64,000 bases of DNA from Planctomycetota bacterium (GCA_039190745.1 JBCCXZ010000001.1:1-64000), one strand, 5' to 3'; positions 19,368 through 29,641 are shown, counted from the stretch's first letter. Numbers and translations: made by a program. The notes: a model not told the origin generated them from the letters alone.

Positions 19368-22300
19368 CTAGGACGAGACCGAACCGCGGGAGGGGTCGCG
19401 ACGCAGCGAGCGGAGTTTTGCGTGGAGGGTTGCGTGCGGGCCCTCGGAGATCGACTCGTGGTCGATCAGCGGCGGCTCGGGCGCCTGCGCCGCAACCGCG
19501 GCGGCGGTTGATCCCGGCTGGCTCTCTGCAGGGTCTTCCTCGGGTATATGGTGGACCTTGGAGTCGACCGCTGCGAAGTCTTCGGAGGCGGTGTGTCGAC
19601 CCGAGTCTTGGCCTTCGTCGGGGGCGGAGCCGCCGAAGAAGTAGCCAAGAGGCCCTGCGAGCAACGCCGGCAGTAGCAGGAGGTCGCCGATGAGCGCGGC
19701 CCCGAGCATGGTGATCATCAGGTAGCCGAACTGTTGGGTCGGCGTGAAAGTGCTGGTGGCAAAGACTGCGAGCCCCAGGCCGCCGATGATGGTGGTTTGC
19801 GTCATCGCCGTGGCGCATCGGTCGTAGGCCAGCATGGTGGCCTCGACGCGGTTGAGGCCCTGCTTCACGCCGCGGCGGAACCAGGTGAGGAAGTGGACGG
19901 TGTCGTCCACCGCGACGCCGAGGGCGACGCTGGCGGTCATCATGATGCCGATGTCGACCTTGATGCCCATCCAACCGAGCAGGCCGAAGACGATCACGAT
20001 GGGGAAGACGTTGGGCACCATCGAGATAAGCCCGGCCATGGGGCTCTTCAAGACGAAGACCATCACCACGGCGATGAGCACAGTGGCCCACATGATGCTC
20101 TCGCGGAGGCTGATGAGCAGCTGGCGCTGGGTCTTGTAGACCAGTGGGACCATGCCAGTGTAGACCGCGCGGATAGGCCGGGGTTGGTCGCTGACGGCCA
20201 GTTCTTTCGCAGCCGTGGATTCGATGATCGGCACGTCGGAGACGTCGACGACATTGCCGCCACGGGCGAGCATCTTGGCGGACGGGTCGCTCGGGACTGA
20301 GACGATCACTAAGCCGTCTCGCTCGCTCAGCGTTTCGATAATGCGGTCGATTTGCTCGGTCTTGCTCGGGTCGTTGGCGATGGCGTCGAACTTGGTGAGG
20401 TTGACGAAGCCGACATCGCCCTTGATGCCGCTCTGCTCAAGCAGGTTGGCAAGGACCCGTTCCTGGGAGTCTTCGTTCGGGACTCCCTGGTTTTCGGGGG
20501 CGCGGAACAGGATGGCGAGCGTAGCGCCGTTGATCTGCTTGCTCTTGGCGTTCAACGCCTTGACGACTTGATCGCGCTGAGCGTGCGCCACGAGCACGGG
20601 GTCGACTGCGTGCTTGAGCTCTTCGACAAACTGGCCGTAGTCGACGCCGCCGGAGTCTTCGCTGAGCGCGGCGACGCGGGCGCTGATCCGCCAGAGCTCG
20701 CGGGGCTCGTCGTCGCCGGACGTTTCTAGTCGTAGGTAGCCGGCCTCGGTGAGTAGCTCGCGGTTCTCTTCCAGGCTCTTGTTCTTTGCGAAGTCGCCGG
20801 AGCGGTCGGCGGTGGTGTAGCCGGAGTCGGTGTTCTCGGGGGCGAAGGTCGCGGCGGAGAGGGTGCGGCTGATCTCGGGGAGGCTCTCGATGCGCTCTTG
20901 GATGGTGCGGACCGTGGTGAGCATCTCGAGCATCGTGTCGCGGTATTGCAGGCCGTCTTCTTCCGCGTGCTCGGTGGCATCACGCATCCGCTCGGGCGGC
21001 ACGGTGAGGACCACCTCCATCGGGACGAGGTTGCCGAGGTTCTCTTCGAGCCATGCGTAGTCGTGGATCAGGTCGGCGTCTTCGTCGAGCAGTTTGAGCA
21101 GCTGCACCGAGGTGCCGATCTTGGTGATGCCGTAGCCGACGCCGCACATGATGAATGCCCAGAGGACGCACGCGAGGGCGTTGTTGCGGATGACCCAGCC
21201 GAACAGGCCTTCGGCCCAGGCGGGGAGGTTGTGGGACTCGCTGCCCTTGCGGCCGCGGTCGATGACAGCCTTGCTGACGGGGAAGCGGTGGAGGAACACG
21301 GGCAAGACCGTGAAGAGCACGCCGACTGTGGCCAAGACCGCGATGGCGGTGAACATGCCGAACTTTGCGATCGGCAGGATATCGCTGGTGTAGAGCGAGC
21401 CGAGTCCTACCGCGGTGGTGAACGCGGCGAGCACGCAGGGGCCGACGCCGTGGCTGACCGCGGTCTCGGCGGCGTTGTGCAAACCGTCTTCGCGGCGGGC
21501 GTCGCGGTAGTAGTTGACGATATGGATTGAGCCGGAGAGGCCGAGCACGTAGACGACCGCTGGCATCGACATGAGGATCGCGTCGACGGTTCCGAGCCGG
21601 GGCGACTCGAGGCTGGAGGCGACGACCTCGACGATGCCGAAGTAGAAGACAATCGCGAGGCTCATGCCGGCGCTCATGACGCCGACAGCGAAGACGATCG
21701 CGGTCAACTTCATACTCCGGAAGCACCAGTAAGACAGTGCCAAGCCCACGATACCGGAGAGCGAAGCGAGGCGGACGAGGGTGCGTTCGCCCTCGATGTC
21801 GATGGTGATGTTGTCGACGGGCGGTCCACCCATGTGGATGTCGGGTTCGGCGATCGCGCACTGGGTGGTTGCGATGTGGACGATATTCTCGATCGCCGCG
21901 CGCATCGTTTTATTGTCTTTGGTCGCTTCCTCGGAGAGGTAGACGATCAGGCAGGTGACGCGGCTGTCGTTGCCCAGAGGTTCGCCGTCTTCGCCCTTAA
22001 GGGGTTCGCCGAGTTCGTCCCGTGCGAGAGGGCCGACCAGGGCTCCTTCGAACCGCTTGATTGCCTCGCCGTAGCTGAGGCTGAGCGGATGCTGGGTCAG
22101 CTGTTCGAGTGCTTGTGGGCCGGTTTCGACGCGTGTGTACCAGCGGGCGTTGCGGGCGATGTCGGAATCGGCCCCCGCCTTTTCGATGGCTGTCTCGTCG
22201 GGCACTAGCTTGCGTGCGAGCGCGTAGAGCTTCTCGTTATCGCCGAGGGTGTTGCCCTTCCAACTAATCAGGGCGAACTGGCCGTCGACGAAATGCTCGC

Positions 22301-22490
22301 GGAACCAGCGGAGGTCGATCGACTCCTCGTAGCTGGAGGGGAGCCAGTCTTCGGCTTTGTTGGTGTTGCTCTCGACCGCTTTGCGGACGCCCCGGGGGAT
22401 GAAGGCTGCCAAGAAGGCGACCGCCATCGCGATCAAGAAGTAGTTGGGGGCGCCGAAGGTGCGGCGTGCCAGAAACGAAGGCTGTTTCAT
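19368..22490 (-). CDS. MMPL/RND family transporter
   Basis: Two TM bundles each preceded by a large periplasmic loop; ALGVAVDDTVHFL, TTAVGLGSL, DLLLLPALL. Confidence 0.88.
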   Translation of the reverse strand: MKQPSFLARRTFGAPNYFLIAMAVAFLAAFIPRGVRKAVESNTNKAEDWLPSSYEESIDLRWFREHFVDGQFALISWKGNTLGDNEKLYALARKLVPDETAIEKAGADSDIARNARWYTRVETGPQALEQLTQHPLSLSYGEAIKRFEGALVGPLARDELGEPLKGEDGEPLGNDSRVTCLIVYLSEEATKDNKTMRAAIENIVHIATTQCAIAEPDIHMGGPPVDNITIDIEGERTLVRLASLSGIVGLALSYWCFRSMKLTAIVFAVGVMSAGMSLAIVFYFGIVEVVASSLESPRLGTVDAILMSMPAVVYVLGLSGSIHIVNYYRDARREDGLHNAAETAVSHGVGPCVLAAFTTAVGLGSLYTSDILPIAKFGMFTAIAVLATVGVLFTVLPVFLHRFPVSKAVIDRGRKGSESHNLPAWAEGLFGWVIRNNALACVLWAFIMCGVGYGITKIGTSVQLLKLLDEDADLIHDYAWLEENLGNLVPMEVVLTVPPERMRDATEHAEEDGLQYRDTMLEMLTTVRTIQERIESLPEISRTLSAATFAPENTDSGYTTADRSGDFAKNKSLEENRELLTEAGYLRLETSGDDEPRELWRISARVAALSEDSGGVDYGQFVEELKHAVDPVLVAHAQRDQVVKALNAKSKQINGATLAILFRAPENQGVPNEDSQERVLANLLEQSGIKGDVGFVNLTKFDAIANDPSKTEQIDRIIETLSERDGLVIVSVPSDPSAKMLARGGNVVDVSDVPIIESTAAKELAVSDQPRPIRAVYTGMVPLVYKTQRQLLISLRESIMWATVLIAVVMVFVLKSPMAGLISMVPNVFPIVIVFGLLGWMGIKVDIGIMMTASVALGVAVDDTVHFLTWFRRGVKQGLNRVEATMLAYDRCATAMTQTTIIGGLGLAVFATSTFTPTQQFGYLMITMLGAALIGDLLLLPALLAGPLGYFFGGSAPDEGQDSGRHTASEDFAAVDSKVHHIPEEDPAESQPGSTAAAVAAQAPEPPLIDHESISEGPHATLHAKLRSLRRDPSRGSVSS

Positions 22491-22725
22491 CGGTAGCGGC
22501 CGGCAGGGGATACGGCGAAGGCGGGTCCGCGGACCCGCGATCGGGCGGCCTGCTCGTCCATGGCAAGCCGGGGCAACCCACGCAGATAGGCTAACGTGGA
22601 CAGCCCGTGGAGTCTACGCCGACCCGATGGCGTCGGCTTCTTGTCTTCTTTGCTTGCACTCTTCTGCTAGCAGTCTTCGGCTAGCACTGTCGCCCGTCAA
22701 GATTCGGGCCGAGGTCTCTGGCGGC

Positions 22726-24054
22726 TTACCAGTAGCCCTCCAAGCCGATCGAGGTCCCCAAGTAGACGTTGTCTTGCGTGGCGGAGAGCGTGCCCGGGCC
22801 GGTTTCAGGGGCGAAGTTGATTTGGAAGGGGGCCAATGCGAGGGCGTTTGCGTAGAGCACTTCCAGGCCGAGTCGAAGCGAGAGGTTCTGCTGGATGTGC
22901 CATTTGAACCTGACCGACGATTCGCCGACGAAGGAGAGGTTGTCGCCTTCGATGTCTCGTGTGGCCCCCTGGCCGTTGTTGGTGCCCGAGAGCACCGAGT
23001 CGACCGTGATGAAGTTCCAGTACCCGCCGCCCTTAGCAACCCACTCGATGCCCCAGCGGGCGGTTTCGTATCCGACGCCGAAGCCGAGCTGGGTGCCTAT
23101 CATGTCGTTGTCGGTGCGGATGTTGTAGACGCCGTCGTTGGTAATCCCCATCCCGGCGTCGGGCCCTAGGGTGACGGGGACGTCCGAGGAGCGCCAGTCG
23201 AGGTTCTCGGTCAGGTCGAAGTACCGCAGGCCGGCGAAGAGAGACTTCGTGCTCGAAGGCGAGGCGCGGCGGATCCACTCGCCCGCCGGGTTCATCTGCA
23301 TCTGGTCGCGCTCCATGCGGCCCTTGATGCGGTAGTTCAGTTCGAAGCTGTTGAAACGGCTGTCGTAGCTGAACGCGGAGCTTGAGGCGCCGTCGAACGA
23401 GGGGTTGCCCAGATCAAGGACGTCAGGCACTTGGAGCAAGGGAGAGGCGCCAGGCACGACGATATCGGGGTCTGCGTCGACTGTTTGCTCCTGAGACCAC
23501 TGGCCGCCGCCGAACGCGGTGACTTCCAGCGCGTGGTCTCTATTGTCGAGGTCGCGGAACAGGAAGCGGCCCACGGTAAGCCGGGGCAGCCCTTCCAAGC
23601 CGGGGCGAGAACGCCGCACGAGGAGTTGGTTGTTTTGGATCCCGCCGAAAGTAGGGAAGGACGGGGCGGTGACGTTGGTCACCTGCTCGGTGAGGATGAT
23701 CGACGCGCGGGTAAACTCGCGGCCGAGCAGCATCGCGTCTGCTTCGCTGTACCAAAAACCTCTGCGGAACCAAGTGCCGGAGCTCTCCAAAAGCGCGGGC
23801 TGCATGTCGAAGATGCGGTCGGCGAGGAAGCCGGACTCGTCGATTTCTTCGAGTTCGCCCGCATCGATCGATTCTCCCAGGTCCACGAGAGACGGAGTCC
23901 CAGCGGCGTCGCCCGTTCCGGGCAACTCGGTCGTGATCGGGGGGAGATCGCCCGGGTCGGGCAGTTGCGGCGGCGCTAACGGCTCCTGTGCGGCCGCCCC
24001 CCGGCCGGTTGTTACCAGCAGACCTGCAAGCAGGAGTACGATGTAGTGCTTCAC
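22726..24054 (-). CDS. Outer-membrane beta-barrel protein (BBP7-like)
   Basis: Signal peptide AAA|Q, AGLRYF, NDMIGTQLG, ALAPFQ, aromatic C-terminus EGYW; GTG start with purine-rich SD. Confidence 0.7.
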   Translation of the reverse strand: MKHYIVLLLAGLLVTTGRGAAAQEPLAPPQLPDPGDLPPITTELPGTGDAAGTPSLVDLGESIDAGELEEIDESGFLADRIFDMQPALLESSGTWFRRGFWYSEADAMLLGREFTRASIILTEQVTNVTAPSFPTFGGIQNNQLLVRRSRPGLEGLPRLTVGRFLFRDLDNRDHALEVTAFGGGQWSQEQTVDADPDIVVPGASPLLQVPDVLDLGNPSFDGASSSAFSYDSRFNSFELNYRIKGRMERDQMQMNPAGEWIRRASPSSTKSLFAGLRYFDLTENLDWRSSDVPVTLGPDAGMGITNDGVYNIRTDNDMIGTQLGFGVGYETARWGIEWVAKGGGYWNFITVDSVLSGTNNGQGATRDIEGDNLSFVGESSVRFKWHIQQNLSLRLGLEVLYANALALAPFQINFAPETGPGTLSATQDNVYLGTSIGLEGYW

Positions 24055-24364
24055 CGGACTTATCTCCCCTCTCGGATGAAATCGCGCCTTCCGCGTTGCC
24101 GCGGAGACTCACACAATGGTTTGATCGTCCGGAAGACTGCGTCCGAACAGGAATAACCGTCAGAATCGTCGAAATAGGCTCGACCCGTAGTGTCGGGGCC
24201 ACCGGTGCAATCGCTGCTGGATTGCCTAGAATGCCGCGTTCGCGAAAAGGCGCTGAAACGGAATCAGAGAGCTAGCGGTGCTGTCGGATGCCGACAATTC
24301 CCGTCGAGTATGAAATCCCGTCGAGTACCAAAGTCCACTGGGCCCCAAAGCAACGAGATCACGA

Positions 24365-25420
24365 ATGACTTCTCCCCTGGGATCGATCATTGCCGCGGGG
24401 ACCAAGCTCTGGCTCGACTCGGTCGACCCAGACCTCGTGCGGCACAACCGGGCGCTCGGCGCCACCGGCGCCACCTCCAACCCGATCATCATCAGCGACC
24501 TGGTGAAGACGGGCCGTTTCGACTCAGACCTGGTCGCGCTGCTGAATGAAAAGGGCCTTGAGCCAACCGACGCGGCCTGGGCGCTGACCGACCAAGTCGT
24601 TGCCTCTGCGCAAGAAGTCTTCCTGCCCGTGTGGGAGGAGTCTTCCGCGAACGATGGTTACGTGAGCTTCGAGGTCGACCCGTTGCTTGAGGATGAAGCC
24701 AATACGCTGAGTCTCGAAGATCGGGTTGCGCGGTACGTCGAGTTGGGAAAGAAATGGTCCGCCGGCCACTCGAACCGGATGATCAAGGTGCCGGCGACCC
24801 CGGCGGGGTTGGGCGCTCTTGAAGAGCTGGCCGCCGCGGGCGTGCCGCTGAATGTGACGCTGATCTTTTCGATGCGGCAGTACGAGGCGGCCCGCGACGC
24901 GATCTGGCGTGGGGCGCAGCGGCTGAAGAGCCTCGATCGGCTGAAGAGCGTCTACAGCATCTTCATCTCGCGGGTCGACGTGTACACGGCGAAACAGGCG
25001 CCGCAGCTGTCGGCGGACGCTCAGGGGCAGGTCGGCATCGTGAACGCCAAGCGTATCTGGGCGGCTAACCGGGAGTTCTGGTCGGAGCACAAGACGCCGC
25101 TTGAGCAGGAGATGGTGTTCGCCAGCACGGGGACCAAAAACGCGAGCGACCCGCCCTGGAAGTACGTCGAGGCGCTGGTCGGGAGCGACATCCAAACCAA
25201 CCCGCCGGCTACCAACGACGCGGTGCAAGAGAGTGGGCGGCTGTTCGAGCCGACCGTCGCGCAGATGCCGCCGCAGGAAGTGCTCGCCGAGATCGACCGC
25301 GAGATCGACGAGTCCGCGATGGAGGAACAGCTCATGGCCGAGGGCCTGAAGAAGTTTGCCGACCCGCAGAAGGCGTTGTTGCAGCTGATCGAAGAGAAGA
25401 AGACCGCTCTGGCCGTGTGA
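24365..25420 (+). CDS. tal: Transaldolase family protein
   Basis: [47 protein letters not shown]. Confidence 0.9.
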   Translation: MTSPLGSIIAAGTKLWLDSVDPDLVRHNRALGATGATSNPIIISDLVKTGRFDSDLVALLNEKGLEPTDAAWALTDQVVASAQEVFLPVWEESSANDGYVSFEVDPLLEDEANTLSLEDRVARYVELGKKWSAGHSNRMIKVPATPAGLGALEELAAAGVPLNVTLIFSMRQYEAARDAIWRGAQRLKSLDRLKSVYSIFISRVDVYTAKQAPQLSADAQGQVGIVNAKRIWAANREFWSEHKTPLEQEMVFASTGTKNASDPPWKYVEALVGSDIQTNPPATNDAVQESGRLFEPTVAQMPPQEVLAEIDREIDESAMEEQLMAEGLKKFADPQKALLQLIEEKKTALAV

Positions 25421-25507
25421 CCGTTTGCGTAAACGGTGCTTGATCTGCGACGATCGTAAAGACGCCGTCCGCACAGCGCGGGCCGATCCCAACCGAAGAG
25501 AAACGCT

Positions 25508-27604
25508 ATGGCGATGGACCCCTACGCCCCGTGCCCGTGCGGCAACGGCAAGAAGCTGAAGTTCTGCTGCGCCGACATCGCCGATGACATCGAGAAGGTC
25601 TACAAGAAGATCGAGGGCGACCAGCCCCAGGCGGCGCTCAAGCAGGTTGAGTCGCTGCTCGCCGCGAAGCCAGATCGCTCAGCGCTCATCGACCTGAAGG
25701 CTTCGCTCGAGTTGTCGCTCAAGAAGCTCGACGCGGCCCGCGAGACGATTGTCCGGTTCATGCTCTCGCACCCCGACAGCCCGGCGGCTCAGGCCCAGTC
25801 GGCGATCCTCGAAGCCTCGACCGGGCACGGGCACAAAGGTATCGCGCCGCTGCAGAATGCGCTGGAACTGCTCAGCGACGAGATGCCGCAGCGGGTGCTC
25901 GAAGCGGTCGGAGCCGTGGGGCACGCTTTGCTGCTGGATGGGGACGTCTTCGCGGCCCGCGGGCACTTGCTGCTCTACGCGGGCATCTCGCCGGAGAAAG
26001 ACAACGCGGCGATCGACTTGTTGCTTCGGCTGAACCTCGAGTCGGGGCTGCCGCTGCTGCTGCGGCAGGAGTACTTCCTGAAGCCTGCCCCCGAGGGTTC
26101 TCCTTGGAAGCAAGAGTACGACGAGGCCGCGGTGCTCAGCGGACGCGGGCTCTGGCGCGAGGCCGAGCAGAAGCTCGTCGGGCTTTCTGCCAAGCACCCC
26201 CAGACGCCCGTGTTGATCTACGGACTCGCGTTGGTGCGGGGCTGGCTCGGCGACGCCGCCGGCTTGGCTCAGGGCATGCACGACTTCGCCGGTTTGGGCG
26301 TCCCTCGACAGGAGGCCGTCGAGGCAGAGGCGCTGGCGCAGCTGGTCGACCCGGCGATCGAGGAGCCTTCGTTCAGCATGGTGAAACGCGGTTACAGCGT
26401 GCCGGACGCCGATGTGCTGACCGAGGCGTTGACCGCGGACGCCCGCATCGAACCCTACGACCTAAGCGAGCAAGAAACGGGCGATCAAGCTACGCCTCCG
26501 CGGGCATCTTTCATACTGCTCGACCGCGAGCCGGTAGAACCTGAGACCGAGTTTGGCATCGACGAGGTCCCCAATGTAATCGCGTTCCTGTCTCTTTACG
26601 GCAAACGGACCGATCGCGACGCCCAGTTGGAAGTGACGACCGACGAGGGAGAACTCCTCAAGCGCTCCGCCGCTCTCCTGGCTGAGATCGCTGACAGCGA
26701 GCTGGGCGAGTCCGCCGCCGACGAGGTCTTGGCTGAGAAGTCGCACGCCGAGGGGGCGCTCAGTTGGCGGTGGCGGCTGCCTGAGAGAACGCCCCCGGAT
26801 GTCCGCCAGCGTCTGCTCGCCGAACGGCGTCGGCGGGCGATCTTGTCCGACTGGCCTGCAAGCCCGCTGGGTGCGTTGCGAGGGAAAACGGCCGATGAGG
26901 CGCGGGGGCAGGAGGAATCCTCGATTGCTCTCGAGGCCTGTGTGCTGTTGCTGGAACAGGCGTCGAGCGACCCCGACGAGTTGCCGCTGTTCGATGAGTT
27001 GCGTCAGCAGTTGGGTATTGCGCCCTTGGAGGGTGTTGCCGCGGACGCGGGGGACGAGGCGCCCCTGAGCCGGTTCACGAGGTACGACGCGGCCGGGGCG
27101 AGTTTGGAGCAGTTGCTCTCTGTGCTGCAGCGGGCTTCGCTCGGCGGGGCTTCCGTCGCGGCGTTGTTGGCGGCGCGTGCGTTGGTGGCCCGCTCGAAAG
27201 ACGCCGGTGAGGCGGACCTCTCGGCTGCGTTCCGGCAGGCGATCCGCCTTGAACCCAACCCGAAGCGCGCCCAGGAGCACGCCGCTAGCGCCGTTGCCTG
27301 GTCGGAGGCCCGCGGTCACTCAGCCGGTGAGTGGCGCGTGGCGCTGCTGGAAGTGGCGATCAGCAGCGGCGATGTTGAGCAGTTGGAGCGGACGCTGCAG
27401 GAGATCCGCGAGAAGCACGCCGGCGAGGCGGACGTCGCGGAGGCGGCGTACCGTGTTCTGTTGTCCGCCGGGCTCATCCCGCCTGAACAGGCCGTGCCCG
27501 TTGGGGCGGGCCCCGAGGCGGATCCGAGCGGGGTCTGGACCCCCGGCCAAGAATCGCCCCCCGCCGGAGGGGAAGAGAAGTCCGGGCTCTGGTTGCCGAG
27601 CTGA
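25508..27604 (+). CDS. SEC-C motif-containing, TPR-like protein
   Basis: N-terminal DPYAPCPCGNGKKLKFCC; helical repeats; C-terminal SGLWLP. Confidence 0.8.
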   Translation: MAMDPYAPCPCGNGKKLKFCCADIADDIEKVYKKIEGDQPQAALKQVESLLAAKPDRSALIDLKASLELSLKKLDAARETIVRFMLSHPDSPAAQAQSAILEASTGHGHKGIAPLQNALELLSDEMPQRVLEAVGAVGHALLLDGDVFAARGHLLLYAGISPEKDNAAIDLLLRLNLESGLPLLLRQEYFLKPAPEGSPWKQEYDEAAVLSGRGLWREAEQKLVGLSAKHPQTPVLIYGLALVRGWLGDAAGLAQGMHDFAGLGVPRQEAVEAEALAQLVDPAIEEPSFSMVKRGYSVPDADVLTEALTADARIEPYDLSEQETGDQATPPRASFILLDREPVEPETEFGIDEVPNVIAFLSLYGKRTDRDAQLEVTTDEGELLKRSAALLAEIADSELGESAADEVLAEKSHAEGALSWRWRLPERTPPDVRQRLLAERRRRAILSDWPASPLGALRGKTADEARGQEESSIALEACVLLLEQASSDPDELPLFDELRQQLGIAPLEGVAADAGDEAPLSRFTRYDAAGASLEQLLSVLQRASLGGASVAALLAARALVARSKDAGEADLSAAFRQAIRLEPNPKRAQEHAASAVAWSEARGHSAGEWRVALLEVAISSGDVEQLERTLQEIREKHAGEADVAEAAYRVLLSAGLIPPEQAVPVGAGPEADPSGVWTPGQESPPAGGEEKSGLWLPS

Positions 27605-28719
27605 TGCCTCTGAGCGAATTCGATCGGACGCAGATGCGGCGGGCGGTCGAGCTGGCCCGCCGGGGCGAGGGGTACGTCGAACCCAACCCGATGGTGGGTT
27701 GCGTTCTTGCGCAGGGCGAGACTGTGGTTGCCGAGGGTTGGCACCGGGGCTTTGGGATGCCGCACGCGGAGGCCGAGGCCCTGAACGCGGCCGGCGACAC
27801 GGCCCGGGGAGCAACCGCTTACATCACACTCGAGCCGTGCGCGCACGAAGGCAAGACCCCGCCCTGCGCAAACGCGCTCCTCGCGGCCGGGGTCGGGCGT
27901 GTGGTGATCGGACGGGACGACCCCAACCCACGAGTCGCTGGCGGCGGCGCCGAGCGGCTTGCCGCCGCGGGCCTGCTTGTCGAAGTACTCGACGAATCTG
28001 AGGCCGCTCTGAAGAACGAGTGCTGCCAACTGATCGAGCCGTTCGTCAAACTGGCCACGGCTGGCCGGCCTTGGGTCATCGCGAAGTGGGCCATGACGCT
28101 CGACGGCCGGATCGCGACCCGCACGGGGAGCAGCCAGTGGATCAGCAGTGAAGAATCGAGGGCTTTGGTCCACCGCCTGCGCGGGCGGGTGGACGGAGTC
28201 TTGGCGGGTGCAGGCACTGTCCTGGCGGACGACCCGCTGCTGACGGCCCGCCCTGCTGGCCCGCGCGTTGCAGCGCGGATTGTGCTGGACGACCGCGCGG
28301 AGCTGCCCGTGGACAGCCGACTGGTAGCCACCGCCGGCGAGGCGCCTGTCTTGGCAGTCGTTCAAGACGCAGGGTCTGAAACCGCTCGCGCGCTCGCTGA
28401 CCGCGGCGTGGAGTTGCTGTGCCCCGAGCCCGGGACGAGAGCGAGGCGCCTGGGGGACTTGCTCGACGAGTTGGGCCGTCGCGGGATGACCAACCTGTTG
28501 GTGGAAGGCGGCCCGGGCGTGCTCGGCGGCTTTTTCGACGCCGGGTTGGTCGACGAAGTCTGGGCGTTTGTGGCGCCGAAGGTGGTCGGCGGGTCAGCCG
28601 CGCCGGGGCCTGTCGGAGGCGAAGGCGTGGGCTTGATCGCAGGCGCCTGGGGTCTCGCAGGCTTGGGCTGGGAGCCGGTGGGCGACGACCTGCTCTGCCG
28701 CGGCCGGCTGAGGGGCTAG
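27604..28719 (+). CDS. ribD: Riboflavin biosynthesis deaminase/reductase RibD
   Basis: PNPMVG, HAE, TLEPCAHEGKTPPC, KWAMTLDGRIA, LLVEGG. Confidence 0.97.
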   Translation: MPLSEFDRTQMRRAVELARRGEGYVEPNPMVGCVLAQGETVVAEGWHRGFGMPHAEAEALNAAGDTARGATAYITLEPCAHEGKTPPCANALLAAGVGRVVIGRDDPNPRVAGGGAERLAAAGLLVEVLDESEAALKNECCQLIEPFVKLATAGRPWVIAKWAMTLDGRIATRTGSSQWISSEESRALVHRLRGRVDGVLAGAGTVLADDPLLTARPAGPRVAARIVLDDRAELPVDSRLVATAGEAPVLAVVQDAGSETARALADRGVELLCPEPGTRARRLGDLLDELGRRGMTNLLVEGGPGVLGGFFDAGLVDEVWAFVAPKVVGGSAAPGPVGGEGVGLIAGAWGLAGLGWEPVGDDLLCRGRLRG

Positions 28720-28731
28720 GCTTTTCAGAGG

Positions 28732-29151
28732 TCACTCTCCCCAGAGGGTGGCGATCACGGTGCGCGGACCCGCGTGGTTGCGGTGTTCGCAAAGGTAAAC
28801 GCCCTGCCAGGTTCCCAGCATCAACCGGCCGCTGCCGACCGGGATGTTCAGGCTGCAGCCGATAAAGGCCGCCTTCACGTGGGCCGGCATGTCGTCGGGG
28901 CCCTCACAAGTGTGCCGGTAGGGGAGCGTCTCGGGCACAATCGCAGAGACCGTGGATTCGAGGTCGAGCGGCACGTCTGGGTCGGCGTTCTCGTTGATTG
29001 AAAGCGACGCGCTCGTGTGCTGGAGGAAGAGGTTCAACATTCCGGCCTTTACGCCGGTTAGGTCGGGAACTTCGGAGAGCAGTTCAGTCGTCACAATGTG
29101 GAAGCCCCTCGGCTTGGGCGTGAGGCAGATTACCGACTGCTGGCACGGCAT
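28732..29151 (-). CDS. yjbQ: YjbQ/UPF0047 family protein (secondary thiamine-phosphate synthase)
   Basis: HTSASLSINENADPDV, EGPDDMPAHVK, LGTWQGVYLCEHR. Confidence 0.92.
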   Translation of the reverse strand: MPCQQSVICLTPKPRGFHIVTTELLSEVPDLTGVKAGMLNLFLQHTSASLSINENADPDVPLDLESTVSAIVPETLPYRHTCEGPDDMPAHVKAAFIGCSLNIPVGSGRLMLGTWQGVYLCEHRNHAGPRTVIATLWGE

Positions 29152-29267
29152 AGGATTCTCCTGGCTTGCGCTCTGGCGTGGTATGGAAACGCAGATGTGT
29201 TGACCAAGGACGGCCTTGAACCCGGTAGTCCTGACCGAGTCTGAACAACTTACCTAGCTTGAGGATA

Positions 29268-29294
29268 CGAGAGATTTCTATGCGATATCTCTCG
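29268..29294. promoter_or_regulatory. Inverted repeat CGAGAGAT-N11-ATCTCTCG, candidate operator
   Basis: Perfect 8-bp arms ending 11 nt upstream of a TTGACT -35 box. Confidence 0.45.
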
Positions 29295-29305
29295 ACGGAA
29301 AAAAC

Positions 29306-29335
29306 TTGACTTGCTTCACACGCTGGTAATAATCT
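29306..29335 (+). promoter_or_regulatory. Putative sigma70-type promoter
   Basis: A-tract, TTGACT at 29306-29311, then TGGTAATAATCT; locally AT-rich in a GC-rich genome. Confidence 0.6.
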
Positions 29336-29339
29336 TTTC

Positions 29340-29641
29340 ATTAATCTGCCATTCGGGTCGCTGGCGTGCTAAGTGCAAACGCCGCAAAGACTCCGATAAG
29401 GAGTCCCCGCTGACGATTGTTTCATCCAGCGGGACCAACCCACCCACCTAAGCGACTCGGGCCCTGCAGAAATAGCAGAACGGAGAGCAGGAATCTGACT
29501 CTGTCCTTGGAGGACAGAGAGTCGGTAAGGACACCGTGACGAATCACCGAGGGTAGCCGAGGCGCAGGAACGCCAAGCCGTGCACCCGCCAGCGAGCATC
29601 CGCTTTGCGTCCGCAAGGCGTTACGAGAGAGAAGGTTAAGA
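29340..29641 (+). ncRNA. Candidate structured GGA-rich RNA or long 5' leader (CsrB/RsmZ-like)
   Basis: Multibranch domain 29354-29459 plus hairpins CGGT-AAGGAC-ACCG and GGCG-CAGGAA-CGCC; lies next to csrA. Confidence 0.5.

Noticed and set aside
17711..19693. 660-aa plus-strand ORF, and many other long antisense ORFs (e.g. 4297-5562, 13166-14479, 35505-36755, 55414-56718)
   Set aside because: Shadow ORFs opposite well-supported genes, expected from the stop-codon scarcity of high-GC DNA; no recognisable motifs.
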